Part shown: positions 18,825-30,300 of the stretch, piece by piece
Numbering within the stretch: position 1 is the stretch's first letter
Layout of the letters: every line of letters starts with the position of its first letter
From: an uncultured archaeon
GTDB lineage: Archaea > Iainarchaeota > Iainarchaeia > Iainarchaeales > VGJJ01
Direction: 5' to 3'
NCBI GenBank assembly: GCA_964358055.1
Contig: CAYHNT010000001.1
Span: forward strand, 3,308-67,307
Length of the DNA stretch: 64,000 nucleotides
The notes under the pieces: model-generated
Told to the model about the DNA's origin: nothing
Database searches by the model: none
Seen by the model: the letters and a program-made list of their open reading frames with translations, nothing else
Position numbers and translations under genes: made by a program

Positions 18825-19588
18825 ATTTCAAATTTTTTTTGGTCGGCTTTGCCCTGGTTGTTTTTTCGTTCTCGGCTTGGGCAGATTCCTGTGCGGATCC
18901 TTCTATTTCGATTGTGGTTGGCACGGACCGATGGTCTATTGGAAATACGTTGGATGTGAATCTCACGTTTTCGGCGAACCCCTCTCCTTCCTCTCTTTGT
19001 CATTGTTTAGAGACAGCTGACTGCGGGATGGAGTGGCAGTCGGATCACAATGGTTCGTGGAATAAAATTCCCAAGAATACCAATTCCGCCATTGATTTGA
19101 ATTGTTCTGACGTTGAATGTTGGACTGGTCGGAGTCATCCGACTGAGGATTTAATGCAAACTCGTTCAATTTCATGCATTGATCAAAATACTTTTCACAT
19201 TCGAGGGCATCATAAGTTTACGAATACGAGTAGTGCGGTAGTAACTGTGTACTGTTATCCTTCTCCAGCATGTACGCCTCCTGTGAGTGGAAATTTTACG
19301 GTGAATCAATCCTGCACATTCATCGCCGTTCCTGTCTTAGTGGACGGGAATTATTATATTGGTTCGAGTGGGTATGTAAAGCACAATGATTCGGATGTTA
19401 ATTTCTTTTCGAATGGTGCAAAGTATTTGAATATTCAGGATGGTGGAAGAATTGATTTGAATCATAGCATGATTTTCGCGGGATTGAGTTTTGAGCAAGG
19501 TTTATTGGGTGGGTTTCTTGGTTTGATTGGCATTTCTTTAGCTGGAGCTTATTCTTTTTTTATTCGAAGAAAGGGGGCGTTGGCGTGA
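18821..19588 (+). CDS. Cys-rich secreted protein with a C-terminal TM anchor (operon gene 3)
   Basis: Start at Met9 gives an ATGA overlap with the previous stop. Signal peptide, about 20 Cys, C-terminal GGFLGLIGISLAGAYSFFIRRKG anchor. Confidence 0.5.
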   Translation: MNFKFFLVGFALVVFSFSAWADSCADPSISIVVGTDRWSIGNTLDVNLTFSANPSPSSLCHCLETADCGMEWQSDHNGSWNKIPKNTNSAIDLNCSDVECWTGRSHPTEDLMQTRSISCIDQNTFHIRGHHKFTNTSSAVVTVYCYPSPACTPPVSGNFTVNQSCTFIAVPVLVDGNYYIGSSGYVKHNDSDVNFFSNGAKYLNIQDGGRIDLNHSMIFAGLSFEQGLLGGFLGLIGISLAGAYSFFIRRKGALA

Positions 19589-22350
19589 GGTCGTTTCTTT
19601 TTCTTTTCATTTTTTTGTTTTTTTCTTCTGTGGTTTTTGCTCAGTCATATCCTTTGATTTCGGATGGTTCTTTTGAGGAAAATTGTGCATTATCTAAGTG
19701 TGATTATAATGTTTCTCAAACGATTGGGGACGATTGGATTTTTTCCAAGAATGGTGCGGCGAATGTTCAGGAGTTTACGATTACTCAAGACTTGAATAGT
19801 TCAGATGGTTGGCCTTCTCATGGCAGTTATTATGGAAAGCTGGATGCGAATTCTATTGGTGGTTTTGCTCAGATTCAAAGCACGTTTGTTTTCAATGGTG
19901 GAATTATTTACTATGATGTGAACCATTATGGAGGGGCTCCTTCTTTTCCGAATCCTCCTTTTTCAGGTGCACATTTCCAAATTACCTATACCTATGAAGA
20001 TGGCAGTGGTGAGGTCACATTATTGGACTCTAACACGAATTTGATTGGTCTAGACAGAAATGTGGTATTGCCAAATCATCCTGGGAAGGTTTCTTTCAAA
20101 TTGACGAATCAGTTTCAGCAGCAGCATAATACGATTGTTTTTGACAATTTGCGCTGGCGACGTCTTCCCGTGATTGAAACAGATTCGTATCCTTTTGATT
20201 CGCATGTTTATACGGGTCAAAGCTTTTTTGTTGATATCAATTTTTCTACGGGAGCCTCTTGCCAACTTAAAGATGATAGCACAGGACAATCTTATTCAGC
20301 TACGTACATTGGGAATGGTATTTACCGTTCGAGTGGTTTGTCTTTTTCGAGTACTGGGTCGAGTCTGGTGAAGAATTTTAGTGCGATTTGTAATAGCGAG
20401 ACCAATGATGATTCTTTTTACTTGTTGAAGTTGAATAGGGATGGGTTGATTTCACAAAACGGTGGCTTTGATGTAAATGGAACGCCGTCCACGACTACTA
20501 GCACAAACACAAAGTTTCAGGATTGGAATGTGGGAAGAAGTGGAACAGGCTCGTTTGCCGTGATTATAGATAATTCATCGAGTAAGATTGCAGCAGATGG
20601 TCTTCATTATGGAATAATGACAGCAACGGGAATTGGGAGTGCAACGGATATTACTTCCCAGAGTCTTTTGCAAGGTGGAACCGTATTCTTTGATGTGAAT
20701 CGGATAACCGGACCAACGCTTGGTGATTCAAACTTCCAAGTGATTTATTTCCCATTGTCAGGCGGTTCTACGGTGTTGTTGAACCTTTCTTTCACCATTC
20801 AATCCAGTCAAATCGTTGGGTCTGACAAAAATGTGAGCATCCCTAATCAATTGGGTCATCTCCTTTTTCGTGTTCAAAACGTTGGAGTTGGACAAAACGC
20901 GCAACTGTATTTGGATAATGTACGATATTCAAGTCCAAAATTTTCTGAAAACACATCCTGTAAACAAGTTATTTACAAAGGGGACTCATCACAAAAGATT
21001 GATTTAGTCTTTGTTGGAAGTGGATTTGAAGACCAAAATCAATTTGAATCAACGATACGATTCGTGATAAATGAAGATGGCGACCAGAACGGATTATTTT
21101 CATTTGAACCATTCAAATCAAATATTAACAAATTCAATATATGGATGGTGGATGAATACAAAACATATACACTTCACCATCTGGACGTGTCGCCAATTAT
21201 CGATAAATGGACATTTGGTCCTTTTCCATTGATTGATGCGACGATAGCATGTCCATTTGGAAATGAATTTGCGCTATTATCACTTTATCCGCGATTCCGA
21301 TCTTACGTTGATGCTGACGCTAATTCAGCTTCATATACAGGTAAGCCTGCTCATTTTGCCCATGTCGGGTTGGGTGGCGAAATAGTTGGTGACTTGAATT
21401 ATCCTATTGACGTGGGTATTACTGATCCGTATGATCAAAATTGTCAAGGGAATGGACAATGGCCTGCGTGTGGGATTTCCGCCTATGATCCTAATGATTC
21501 ACAAAGGCTTTTCGCTCACGAATTTGGCCACAGTTTTGGTGGATTATTTGATGAATATAATAATGGAAGTTCCAGTAATGGAAGAGATACTGGGACACTA
21601 GCGAATTGTGATGCAACAAATATTTGTCCTAAATTCTCAGGATATTCAGGGATTGATTGTAATGCAGTATGTGGTTTTACAAACTGGTATCGTCCATATG
21701 CCGAAAACACTTTGATGGGGGATCACAGAAAACAAAAGATCGATTATGAGGAAGTAAGTGAAGACAGACTAACTGCCATTACTAATGGTTATTCAACTGC
21801 AACCATTTATGATCAAACAATTGATATTTTTCACACTTTCATCTTGAATGGGGCAATTGGGGCTGGCAATATGGACCTAAGCTCCGTGAATTTCGTTCCG
21901 GGAGCAGCTCCAGAGATGGTATTACCTACGAACCCACGCTACATGCTAAAAGAATTTTCGAGCACAAATGATGTGCTATATGATTACAACTTCGACATCC
22001 CCTCTGCTATTAATTTTGATCTTTTAAGTGGGGATGATGCAAATGGCAGTTATTCATTAATCGAGGATAGCAATACTCTGATCGATCTAGTAGATGTAAA
22101 CTTTTCTGTTAGAGCACCGTATTTACCCGGAGCAGTGAGAATAATTATTTATGACATAAATGGAACGCAGTTACTAGAAATCAGTACCTTGCCATTCACG
22201 ACTAATTTGTCGACTAGTATCGGATATGGCGGTGGATTTGTTACTTCGGCCAATTATAAAGTTGGATATAGTTTATTGCAACAACCTACAGTCGACCTCA
22301 ACAGTTCGAGTTATAAAGTACAATTGGGGTGGAATGCATATTATGACTAA
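19585..22350 (+). CDS. Secreted zinc metallopeptidase, M64 (IgA-peptidase)-like (operon gene 4)
   Basis: GTG start in a GTGA overlap. Signal peptide MRSFLFLFIFLFFSSVVFA. AHEFGHSFGGLFDEY (HExxH...DEY) at nt 21514-21558. KIDLVFVGSGFED resembles the M64 N-terminal motif. Confidence 0.55.
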   Translation: MRSFLFLFIFLFFSSVVFAQSYPLISDGSFEENCALSKCDYNVSQTIGDDWIFSKNGAANVQEFTITQDLNSSDGWPSHGSYYGKLDANSIGGFAQIQSTFVFNGGIIYYDVNHYGGAPSFPNPPFSGAHFQITYTYEDGSGEVTLLDSNTNLIGLDRNVVLPNHPGKVSFKLTNQFQQQHNTIVFDNLRWRRLPVIETDSYPFDSHVYTGQSFFVDINFSTGASCQLKDDSTGQSYSATYIGNGIYRSSGLSFSSTGSSLVKNFSAICNSETNDDSFYLLKLNRDGLISQNGGFDVNGTPSTTTSTNTKFQDWNVGRSGTGSFAVIIDNSSSKIAADGLHYGIMTATGIGSATDITSQSLLQGGTVFFDVNRITGPTLGDSNFQVIYFPLSGGSTVLLNLSFTIQSSQIVGSDKNVSIPNQLGHLLFRVQNVGVGQNAQLYLDNVRYSSPKFSENTSCKQVIYKGDSSQKIDLVFVGSGFEDQNQFESTIRFVINEDGDQNGLFSFEPFKSNINKFNIWMVDEYKTYTLHHLDVSPIIDKWTFGPFPLIDATIACPFGNEFALLSLYPRFRSYVDADANSASYTGKPAHFAHVGLGGEIVGDLNYPIDVGITDPYDQNCQGNGQWPACGISAYDPNDSQRLFAHEFGHSFGGLFDEYNNGSSSNGRDTGTLANCDATNICPKFSGYSGIDCNAVCGFTNWYRPYAENTLMGDHRKQKIDYEEVSEDRLTAITNGYSTATIYDQTIDIFHTFILNGAIGAGNMDLSSVNFVPGAAPEMVLPTNPRYMLKEFSSTNDVLYDYNFDIPSAINFDLLSGDDANGSYSLIEDSNTLIDLVDVNFSVRAPYLPGAVRIIIYDINGTQLLEISTLPFTTNLSTSIGYGGGFVTSANYKVGYSLLQQPTVDLNSSSYKVQLGWNAYYD

Positions 22351-22687
22351 TTTAACGCTTGGTCTCACAGTGATTGGTGTACTTTTATTTATTTTTGGGC
22401 TGAACGGGGTCATTGTTTCTTTTTCGAATTATTCAACATCGGCCGGATTGGAAAATACGTTTCCAAGTCCTACAGCATATTTTTGGGCTGGTATCGGGTC
22501 AATTTTGATTGTGATTTCTTCAATAACAATTACGCCTATTTATGAAAAATTCTTTAAGAAAAATAAATTCTTAATGAATATCTATATGAGATCGGTTATT
22601 TTTATTTTGCTTTTGTTGATTGGGTATTCAATTATTTTTCTCACGATGCAATTCCAAACAACTCCGGCGTTATATCCTGTACAGTGA
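22334..22687 (+). CDS. Small polytopic membrane protein (hypothetical)
   Basis: About 118 aa with 3-4 hydrophobic segments. Start overlaps the peptidase stop. Confidence 0.4.
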   Translation: MHIMTNLTLGLTVIGVLLFIFGLNGVIVSFSNYSTSAGLENTFPSPTAYFWAGIGSILIVISSITITPIYEKFFKKNKFLMNIYMRSVIFILLLLIGYSIIFLTMQFQTTPALYPVQ

Positions 22688-23001
22688 TTTTTCCAATGAA
22701 TATTGAAAAAATTAAAACAGTAATCGGTGTTGGAGTCTCTTTAATTAGCCTTTATTTTTTTTATTTGATGGCTTTATGGCTCCCGACAACCGGCGGGACT
22801 AATCCTACTCGCGAATTTTACATGAATATTTTGGGCCCTTTCTTGTTACTCTTGTCTGGATTATTGTGGATTAGTTCTATTAGAAAAAATATTCCATTTT
22901 TCAAACAATTTAATGATGGTAGTCAAGTAATAATATCTGTTCTTCTTCTCATTGTAGGATTTTTGTTTATGTTTGCGATGTCACCTTTAAGTGGGATTTG
23001 A
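22684..23001 (+). CDS. Small polytopic membrane protein (hypothetical)
   Basis: 105 aa with 3 hydrophobic segments. 4-nt overlap with the previous gene. Confidence 0.4.
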   Translation: MIFPMNIEKIKTVIGVGVSLISLYFFYLMALWLPTTGGTNPTREFYMNILGPFLLLLSGLLWISSIRKNIPFFKQFNDGSQVIISVLLLIVGFLFMFAMSPLSGI

Positions 23002-23367
23002 AATGATATTTGAAAAGAATAAAATCCAATTTAATTATCTGTATAAACCTGTTTGTAAACTCGACGGGGAATATTATGTCCAAGGATAAACAAATTTCTA
23101 TTTTTGCCGATTCTGGCGGTAATTATGCTTGCTATAGTAGTTTGGCTCTTAATGCCAATTTCACCATCCTCCAATCATATTGGACTTACTGGATACACTT
23201 GTACAGTAAGACCCAAATATTGGATAAATACGAATAAGTTTGTTTGTTTTCCATTGTCGGCTTCGTGACTCTTTGAGGATTTGACAGGCGATTTCGGCAC
23301 TTCCCCACCCATCTCGTTTTTATTGCGCCTTTTCATTCTGCCTGAAGTCAAAGAAGAGGTTTTTTTC

Positions 23368-24372
23368 ATGCAAGTGTTTGAGGATCGTGGAGTGATGATT
23401 CGGGGTTCAGAGCGTCTTTTAGTGGACCCTTCTCATCGAAAGGTGGATGCAGACAAAGTGTTTGTGACGCATGCGCACTCCGATCATACTATTATTGGGG
23501 CCAAAAACGAATTCCCCTATTTCATGAGCACGCAAACCCATGGAATGATTGAGGAAAAGATTCCAAAGAAAGCCGTTACTAGAAAAATGGATTTTGCTAA
23601 AAAGTATCGCGCGGGAAACGAGCGTGTTTCACTGGTGAATGCGGGACACATTTTGGGTTCGTCGCAGGTAGTAGTAGAAGGGGATCAGAAAGTAGTGGTT
23701 ACGAGTGATTTCAAATTGCAGGATTCCATTGTAATGAAAGGCGCGGAAGTGGTGCCGTGTGATATTTTAGTGATTGAGTCCACTTTCGGACAAAAACAAT
23801 TTGCATTCCCCCCACGTGAAAGTGTGTATGAGGAAATTGGAAACTGGGTAAAAGAAGCGAAGAAAAATAACATGCTTCCCATTCTCGCAGGATATGCAAC
23901 TGGGAAAACGCAGGAGTTAACTAAAGTCGTGAATGAATACGCAGGTGTTACTCCGTATGTCCATGAAAGTATTTTTGATAAAAACAAATTGCATGAAAAG
24001 TTTGGCGGAAAATTAGGAGACTATGTGAAGTTGGATCATAATTTGAAAGAAGCCGAGTTGCTCATTCTCCCACAGAGTTTGTGCGCCCCGCACGTGTTGC
24101 ACGCGATTAGTGTTTCGGCTAAAAAATCAATTGCCTCCGCCAAGTGTACAGGTTGGGTGTGGAAGGAAAGCTATGATCGTAATTTTGCATTAAGTGATCA
24201 CGCGGATTACAATCAATTGATGCAATACGTTCAGGAAGCGCGACCCAAGCAAGTGTACACTCATCATGGTTTTGAGCGTGAATTATCGTTATCCATTACT
24301 AAAGAATTGGGCATTCTATCCAAACCTATTGGGGAAGCGAAACAGAAAGCATTGGCCTCGTTTGTTCATTAA
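23368..24372 (+). CDS. beta-CASP metallo-beta-lactamase family nuclease (short paralog)
   Basis: Start at Met30. VFVTHAHSDHT (HxHxDH), NAGHILGS, C-terminal SDHAD...THHG. Confidence 0.7.
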   Translation: MQVFEDRGVMIRGSERLLVDPSHRKVDADKVFVTHAHSDHTIIGAKNEFPYFMSTQTHGMIEEKIPKKAVTRKMDFAKKYRAGNERVSLVNAGHILGSSQVVVEGDQKVVVTSDFKLQDSIVMKGAEVVPCDILVIESTFGQKQFAFPPRESVYEEIGNWVKEAKKNNMLPILAGYATGKTQELTKVVNEYAGVTPYVHESIFDKNKLHEKFGGKLGDYVKLDHNLKEAELLILPQSLCAPHVLHAISVSAKKSIASAKCTGWVWKESYDRNFALSDHADYNQLMQYVQEARPKQVYTHHGFERELSLSITKELGILSKPIGEAKQKALASFVH

Positions 24373-24399
24373 ACGGGATTTACCGAATCATATTTATAA

Positions 24400-27300
24400 A
24401 TGAAGAAAAACCTGCTTCCGAGTATGAGCGTCTTAGATTCACTCAAGAATGTTTATTTTGAGCTTGAGGACAAATATTACGCTTTTTTGGACAAACTTCA
24501 AACCAAACTCCCCGTGTATTCAGTCGTTGATCCGGTGGATAAAATACTCCCCAGTTTTGGTATTCTCCTTGCCCTTGTGGTAGCAATTTTGGGCTTTGGT
24601 TTGTTCTCCGCGCTGGCAGGAGTGGGCGGGGGATTTGAGACGGTTGTTGAATTCAATGACACGCAAGGAAACCCCTTGGAAGGCGTGCAGGTTTCATTTG
24701 AACGTGATGGAAAATTAATCGAAACACTCTTTACGAAAGAAGATGGTTCTGCAACCACGAGCGTGGGGGCAGGAACTTATTTTATTACGGCCTCCAAAGA
24801 AGGCTATGTCGAATTAGTGGAAGAAGTGGAAATCAATTCCGCATTCACTCGAATTTTTACGCTTTCAAGCGCGACCCCTGAAACCACGCAGCGTGCGTTG
24901 TTGATTCAGGATGCACAGCAAGGAATTGTGGGAATGCTTTCACCGGTGGCCATCTCTCTTGCGTTCTCCTGTCAATCGGGAACGCCTCCTTCGAATCAAA
25001 CCGTGTACAATGGAAATGTTTCATTTTTGCAGCCCGGTGACTGTACCGGATTGAGTGTAACGATTTCAGCCAATGGTTTCCTGACTAAAACACAATCAAT
25101 CTTAGGCGACACTACCATTGTCGTGTTGCAATCCACTGCCGCATTTGAGCCCCCTCCTGAAACGGAACAACCCGATGCGGGAAGTGTAGAAATCATTGCA
25201 GTGGAGACCGGCGGTGCACCCTTGGAACAAGCACAAATAAAATTATACAAAATTCCAAGTGTAGGTTCTAACATTCTTGCAGACCAAGGATTGTCCGACC
25301 CGAATGGATTGTCTACGTTTTCAAACGTTACTCCCGGAAAGCACATCGTGATTGTGTCCAAGGCCGGATATAAACAAACTCAGAGTGCGGAATTCCAAGT
25401 CAATGCGGGGGAGAAAGCCACGTTGAATGTGGAAGTCGCCAAAAGCAGTTCTAAACGAAAAGTGTTTGTGAAAATTTTGAGTAGCGCCAATCAAATTATT
25501 GTTCTAGGCTCGAGTGTTTCATTGTTCGTGCAAACCGCGGGTGGAAAATACATTGAGTACGAGTCCTTCACCAGCGACACGAATGGAATAGTAAGCGCAC
25601 CCCTTGCGGATTTCAATGGGAACACCCAACTTGTCGTAACGCACGGAGATTTTGTCACCAAAATTTTACTCAACACGGGGATTGTTTCGGAAGACGCAGT
25701 GAGTCCCATTCCTATCTTACTCGATCCCTTAGCCGCACCCGGTTCAAACGGTAGCAGTTCGAACGCCGTTGTGGCAGATGTGAAAGTAATAGACGAAGTA
25801 GGATTGAGCGTGGTGAATGCGACTGTTCACTTGTACACGCCGGATGCAAATGGGGTGTTAGTTGGAACGCTTCAAACGAATACCCTTGGAATTGCACGAT
25901 TTACCAATCTTCCCGCCGGCACTTACCAAGCCACTGCCTCTACAAGCGTAGGCGATGGGGCAAGTCCTAAAATACAAGGAGATTTGGGTAAGATTATTGT
26001 ACTCCCTGTAAGCTTGTCTCTCGGAAACGCATTGGTGCAAGTGACAGTGAAAGATGAATTAGGTAAAGTAGTGACGGATGCGAATGTTTTCATTTATTCA
26101 TTTGTTGAAAACACCCTTCAATCTGCAAGTAAAACAAACGCACAAGGGTTGGCACAATTGGGTGTGATAACCGGACAAAAGGTGTATGTAAAAGTCGAGA
26201 AGGCTACCTATCTTCCTTTTTCATCTGTGCCGTTTGACGTGATCAAGGATAACACGCACATTATTCAGCTTGAAGTTAGTCTTACGAGCGCCTCGCAGGG
26301 AGTGGATGTTTCATTAACGAGTATTTACGAGCTCTCTGCGACGCAGGGACCAATTCTCGCACAAGCATTAGTGCCGGGTAACACGTATGCTTTCCATTTT
26401 GCAGTCAAAACGCCCGTGCAACAAACAGGAATGAAAGCAGTGGTGCGCGTGAACAAAGATTCTCCTGCTGCACAAGGCGCAACGGATGTGGGTAGCATTG
26501 TAGGTGGAAGCACGGCCAAAGGTGGCGTGGCGTTTTACACGACGTATAATTCAAATGATGAATTTTCTCCCTTGATTCCTGCAGACTCAGGAGTTCCCTC
26601 GAAAGTGGCATTGAATACGCTTGGAGATGTGAACGGTGCCAGTTCGTTTGAGTATATTGTGAATGTTAAAATTAATCCCGCTGCGCTACCCAACACGGAC
26701 AAGTTGGATGTGAAGTTCCAATCTAAAGGCGGCACGCAAGTTTCGCCCTTGTATTTTGAATCCTTCACCATCGGCGCACCTCTCCCTGGGCAAGGGGATT
26801 TTTCATTTGTCTTTTTCGTTTCCACGCAAGGAGGGACAAAGACTCAGGTGAGCTCGTCTGTTCCTTTGGTGATGTTCGCCCAGCAAGACTATGTGTTAGA
26901 CTACGTGATAACGAATACCTCGGGTAGCAACTTCCCCAGCGCCACCATGCTCCTCACTACGAATACTCCCGCGTCATTCACCGCCGCACCCAATCAGGTC
27001 TCGTTACCCGGATTCAACAATAGTTCTTCCGTGAGCGGGAGCATCACCATCAAGAGCACGCAAGAGTGTAGCAGTTCTCAAACGCAGTGTTCTACTCTCA
27101 CAGCAAACTTGAGTGGGGTAGGAACAGGAAATTCACCCACGAATTATCCCTTGTCCATTTTCACTTCTCCCGAGAAACAACTCGCGATGAATATTACTCC
27201 TTCCTATTTGATTCCGGCTCAAACACAATTAGTGCAAGTAGTAGTAACGGATCAATTGAGTAATCTTGCAGGGACATCTAAAGGAGTACAAGTGGAAGGC

Positions 27301-30300
27301 CAATTGGAAAACTCCTCCGGCGCCCCTCTTGGAAGTTCTATTCTTTTTACGGAATCAACCAATGCATTGTTTTTTGCTTCCATTCCTGCCGCGAGTGAGG
27401 TAAGCCAATTGCGCGTCACGGCATCCGCGGCAGGCTACGTATCAGATGTGGTAGTTCTTCCAGTTTCCAATCAGATTTTGTTGAATTATTCGCAGGACTT
27501 TAGTTGCGTGAGTTTGAATCCAAATCCTTTGTCTTTCAACTTGGGCGCATCCGGCTCGTTGAGCGTGCAAACCATTAGTTGCCCAGAGGACATTGATCTT
27601 TACACCACGGGCTTCTCTGAGAATAGCACTGTGATTCAATTGGCCGTGAAGAATGGTTCGAATACCATCACCTCGAGCAACCCCTTGTCCTTGAATGAGA
27701 GTGAATCCAAAACGTTAAGCGTGCAATCTCCTTCGTATTTTGGACAATACCCTTTGTACGTGTATGCTAAGTACAAGAGTCAGTCTACTTATTCCTTAGT
27801 CAAGAATGTCGATGTGATTGTCAATCCTCTTGCAGGAAGTTCCACGTGTTTAAATTTGTCCAAGTACGCGTTTGACGTGAAAGACGGTAGCGACAATGCA
27901 ACCGTAGTCAACAATTGTAATCCCGGCGTCCACGATGCGTTTTTGCCCCGTGCTGTGGTGAATGTGAATGGGGTATACGGTCATGCCATTCCTCCTGTAC
28001 TCACTCCTGAGATGCAAAACCCTGGTAGTTTGGTTCCCTTTTCATACCGTGTGAGTATGGATTATGATAATTCAACTAATTTGGATGTCAATCACGATGA
28101 TTTTCCTCAGTTTTTCACGGCATCCAATTGGAACCGATATGCTATCACTAATCCTGCTAAGTTTTTTACCCTGAAAAGCGAATTTGCTGGAGTCACTCCT
28201 GTTTTGATTAATGATGATCATTACAATGGTAGCGATTTCATTCTTGAAAGTCCAAACGATCCCCAAACCCCGTGGGCGGCTCCTGCAAGCGTGCGTTCGG
28301 TGTTGTTTGAAACCACCTTTGTCACGAGAAATGAAGTCACGCTCGATGAACTTTGTTTTACCTCCACCAATATCGATGCTATTCTGGTTCGAATTGATGG
28401 GGTGGATGTGCAGACCGCCCACTCTCCCAAATGTGCAATCCCCAATTATCTTTTTTCACCCGGGCCCCATGCGATTCAGATTTTCATGTATGCGGTAGAA
28501 GGTCAGAACTATACGCTGACTGTCAAATACAAAGACGCCCCTGCCACCACCGTTGGAAGCAATACGGGTGGATACGCTCCTCTTTCGGATGGTAAAAACA
28601 AGGGATTCTTTGTGAGTCCCTTGTATGGTATTCTATACAGCAATGACACCAAGAAGAACGGCCCCCTGTTACACGGTCCCTTTTCCAATGGAGTCATTCC
28701 CTCTACCAATAGTGTAACGCCTAAGTACATTGACAATGTAGGCGGGAATATTCAGTCGATTATTCGTAACAAAGCCGGTGGAATGGAGCACTTGAAGCAG
28801 TCCTATCTGCATATTTCCTCCACCAACCCCTCCGTGCGTACCTTCATGCATCACACGGATGCATATGCCCAATACGTTGGGTTCGACGACGCGACGGGAC
28901 AACAAGATATTGTATTTGAGAACTTGGGAATGGAAGGAGAAAAGTACGGTCTTCTTACGTTAACCGATTATTCACTCCCCACCAGTGCGTCGGGTAAAAC
29001 ACTCGATGTTGGGATTCTCTTGGATTCGTCTCCTTCTATTATTTTGAATGAGAATGATGAAACCTCCTCTTCAAGCGGAACCGTGTATCAGGAAGGACTA
29101 TGTAAGACGTTAATTGACATTAAGCGCGGATTGGAGTATTATTCCAACGCCACCATCAACATGCAAGTCGCATTGATGCACGACGTGAGTGATACGTATC
29201 ATGCGTCCTCGAATCAAGCACAAAATCTCCCGTGTTTAGCACAGTTTCCCAACATCACGGAGTTATTCCCTGGGCAATTTCCTGGTTACACGGAAGGCAC
29301 GCATAATTTGGATGAAGCCTGGGCATGGGGTGCACAAAAGTTTGCCTCGCATGCGTTTTGGAAAAACTCGACCAAATTAATGATTGTTGTCACGGACAAT
29401 AAGCCCACGGGATTGGGAAACGGAAAACTCACGACGGATTGGCAAGGGAGTATTGAGGAGTTGCACGTGAATAATGCGGCAACCGAATTAAATAATCGTG
29501 GAATTCGTGGAGTGGTATTGTACAAGTATCCTTTGGAATCTTCTTCGGAAGCAAACCACCCGGCAGGAAGCGATACCAAGCAGGATGCCGTGGAAATGTA
29601 TGAGTTGTTTGCCCAGCAAACGAATGGTTTCACGGAGGCATTAGACTTTTCGGAGCTCATCAACAATAACAACCCCCATTCCTTTGATCAGGCCGAATAC
29701 AATAAGGTGGCCATTCGTTTGTTACAACATGCGTTTCCTACTAAACAGGAAACCATTGTGGTGAAACTGGTCTCGCATCCCTTAGACGCGTGTATTGGGG
29801 AGAATGGGGAAGTGGGTGTTACTGGAAGCTCCGCGTTGCCTAAGGTTTCCTACAATTGGCAATGGGGTTCCACGCAACAAAACATGTGTGATTTCAAAAC
29901 AAACGATCCTACGAACTTCCGTTACTGTGACGCCACCCAATTCATGATTACGCTTACGCAAAAATTGTTTGCATTGGAACAAGCCTATGCACCGGGTGCC
30001 ACCCCTGCACAGCAAGCCCAAATCCCTTCCCTCACAAGTTTTGATGTGTACGTGATGCGCGACGCATTGAATGATGATTTTAGGAATGACTTTGTGGAGT
30101 TCTTTGTGAACAGCAGCTTCACCGACGCTCCTGCGTATTTCAAAAGCGCATTGGGCGGAGCATGGAAAGACTATGTAAACCCCGCATTCAACAAACTTAC
30201 GTTTGAAATTGATGGAAACCCCACTAATTCAATTGTGTCAGCGGGATTGTATCGTGCGCAAATTCAAGTCACGTGGGAAAGTGACGTGGGCACGTTCTTC

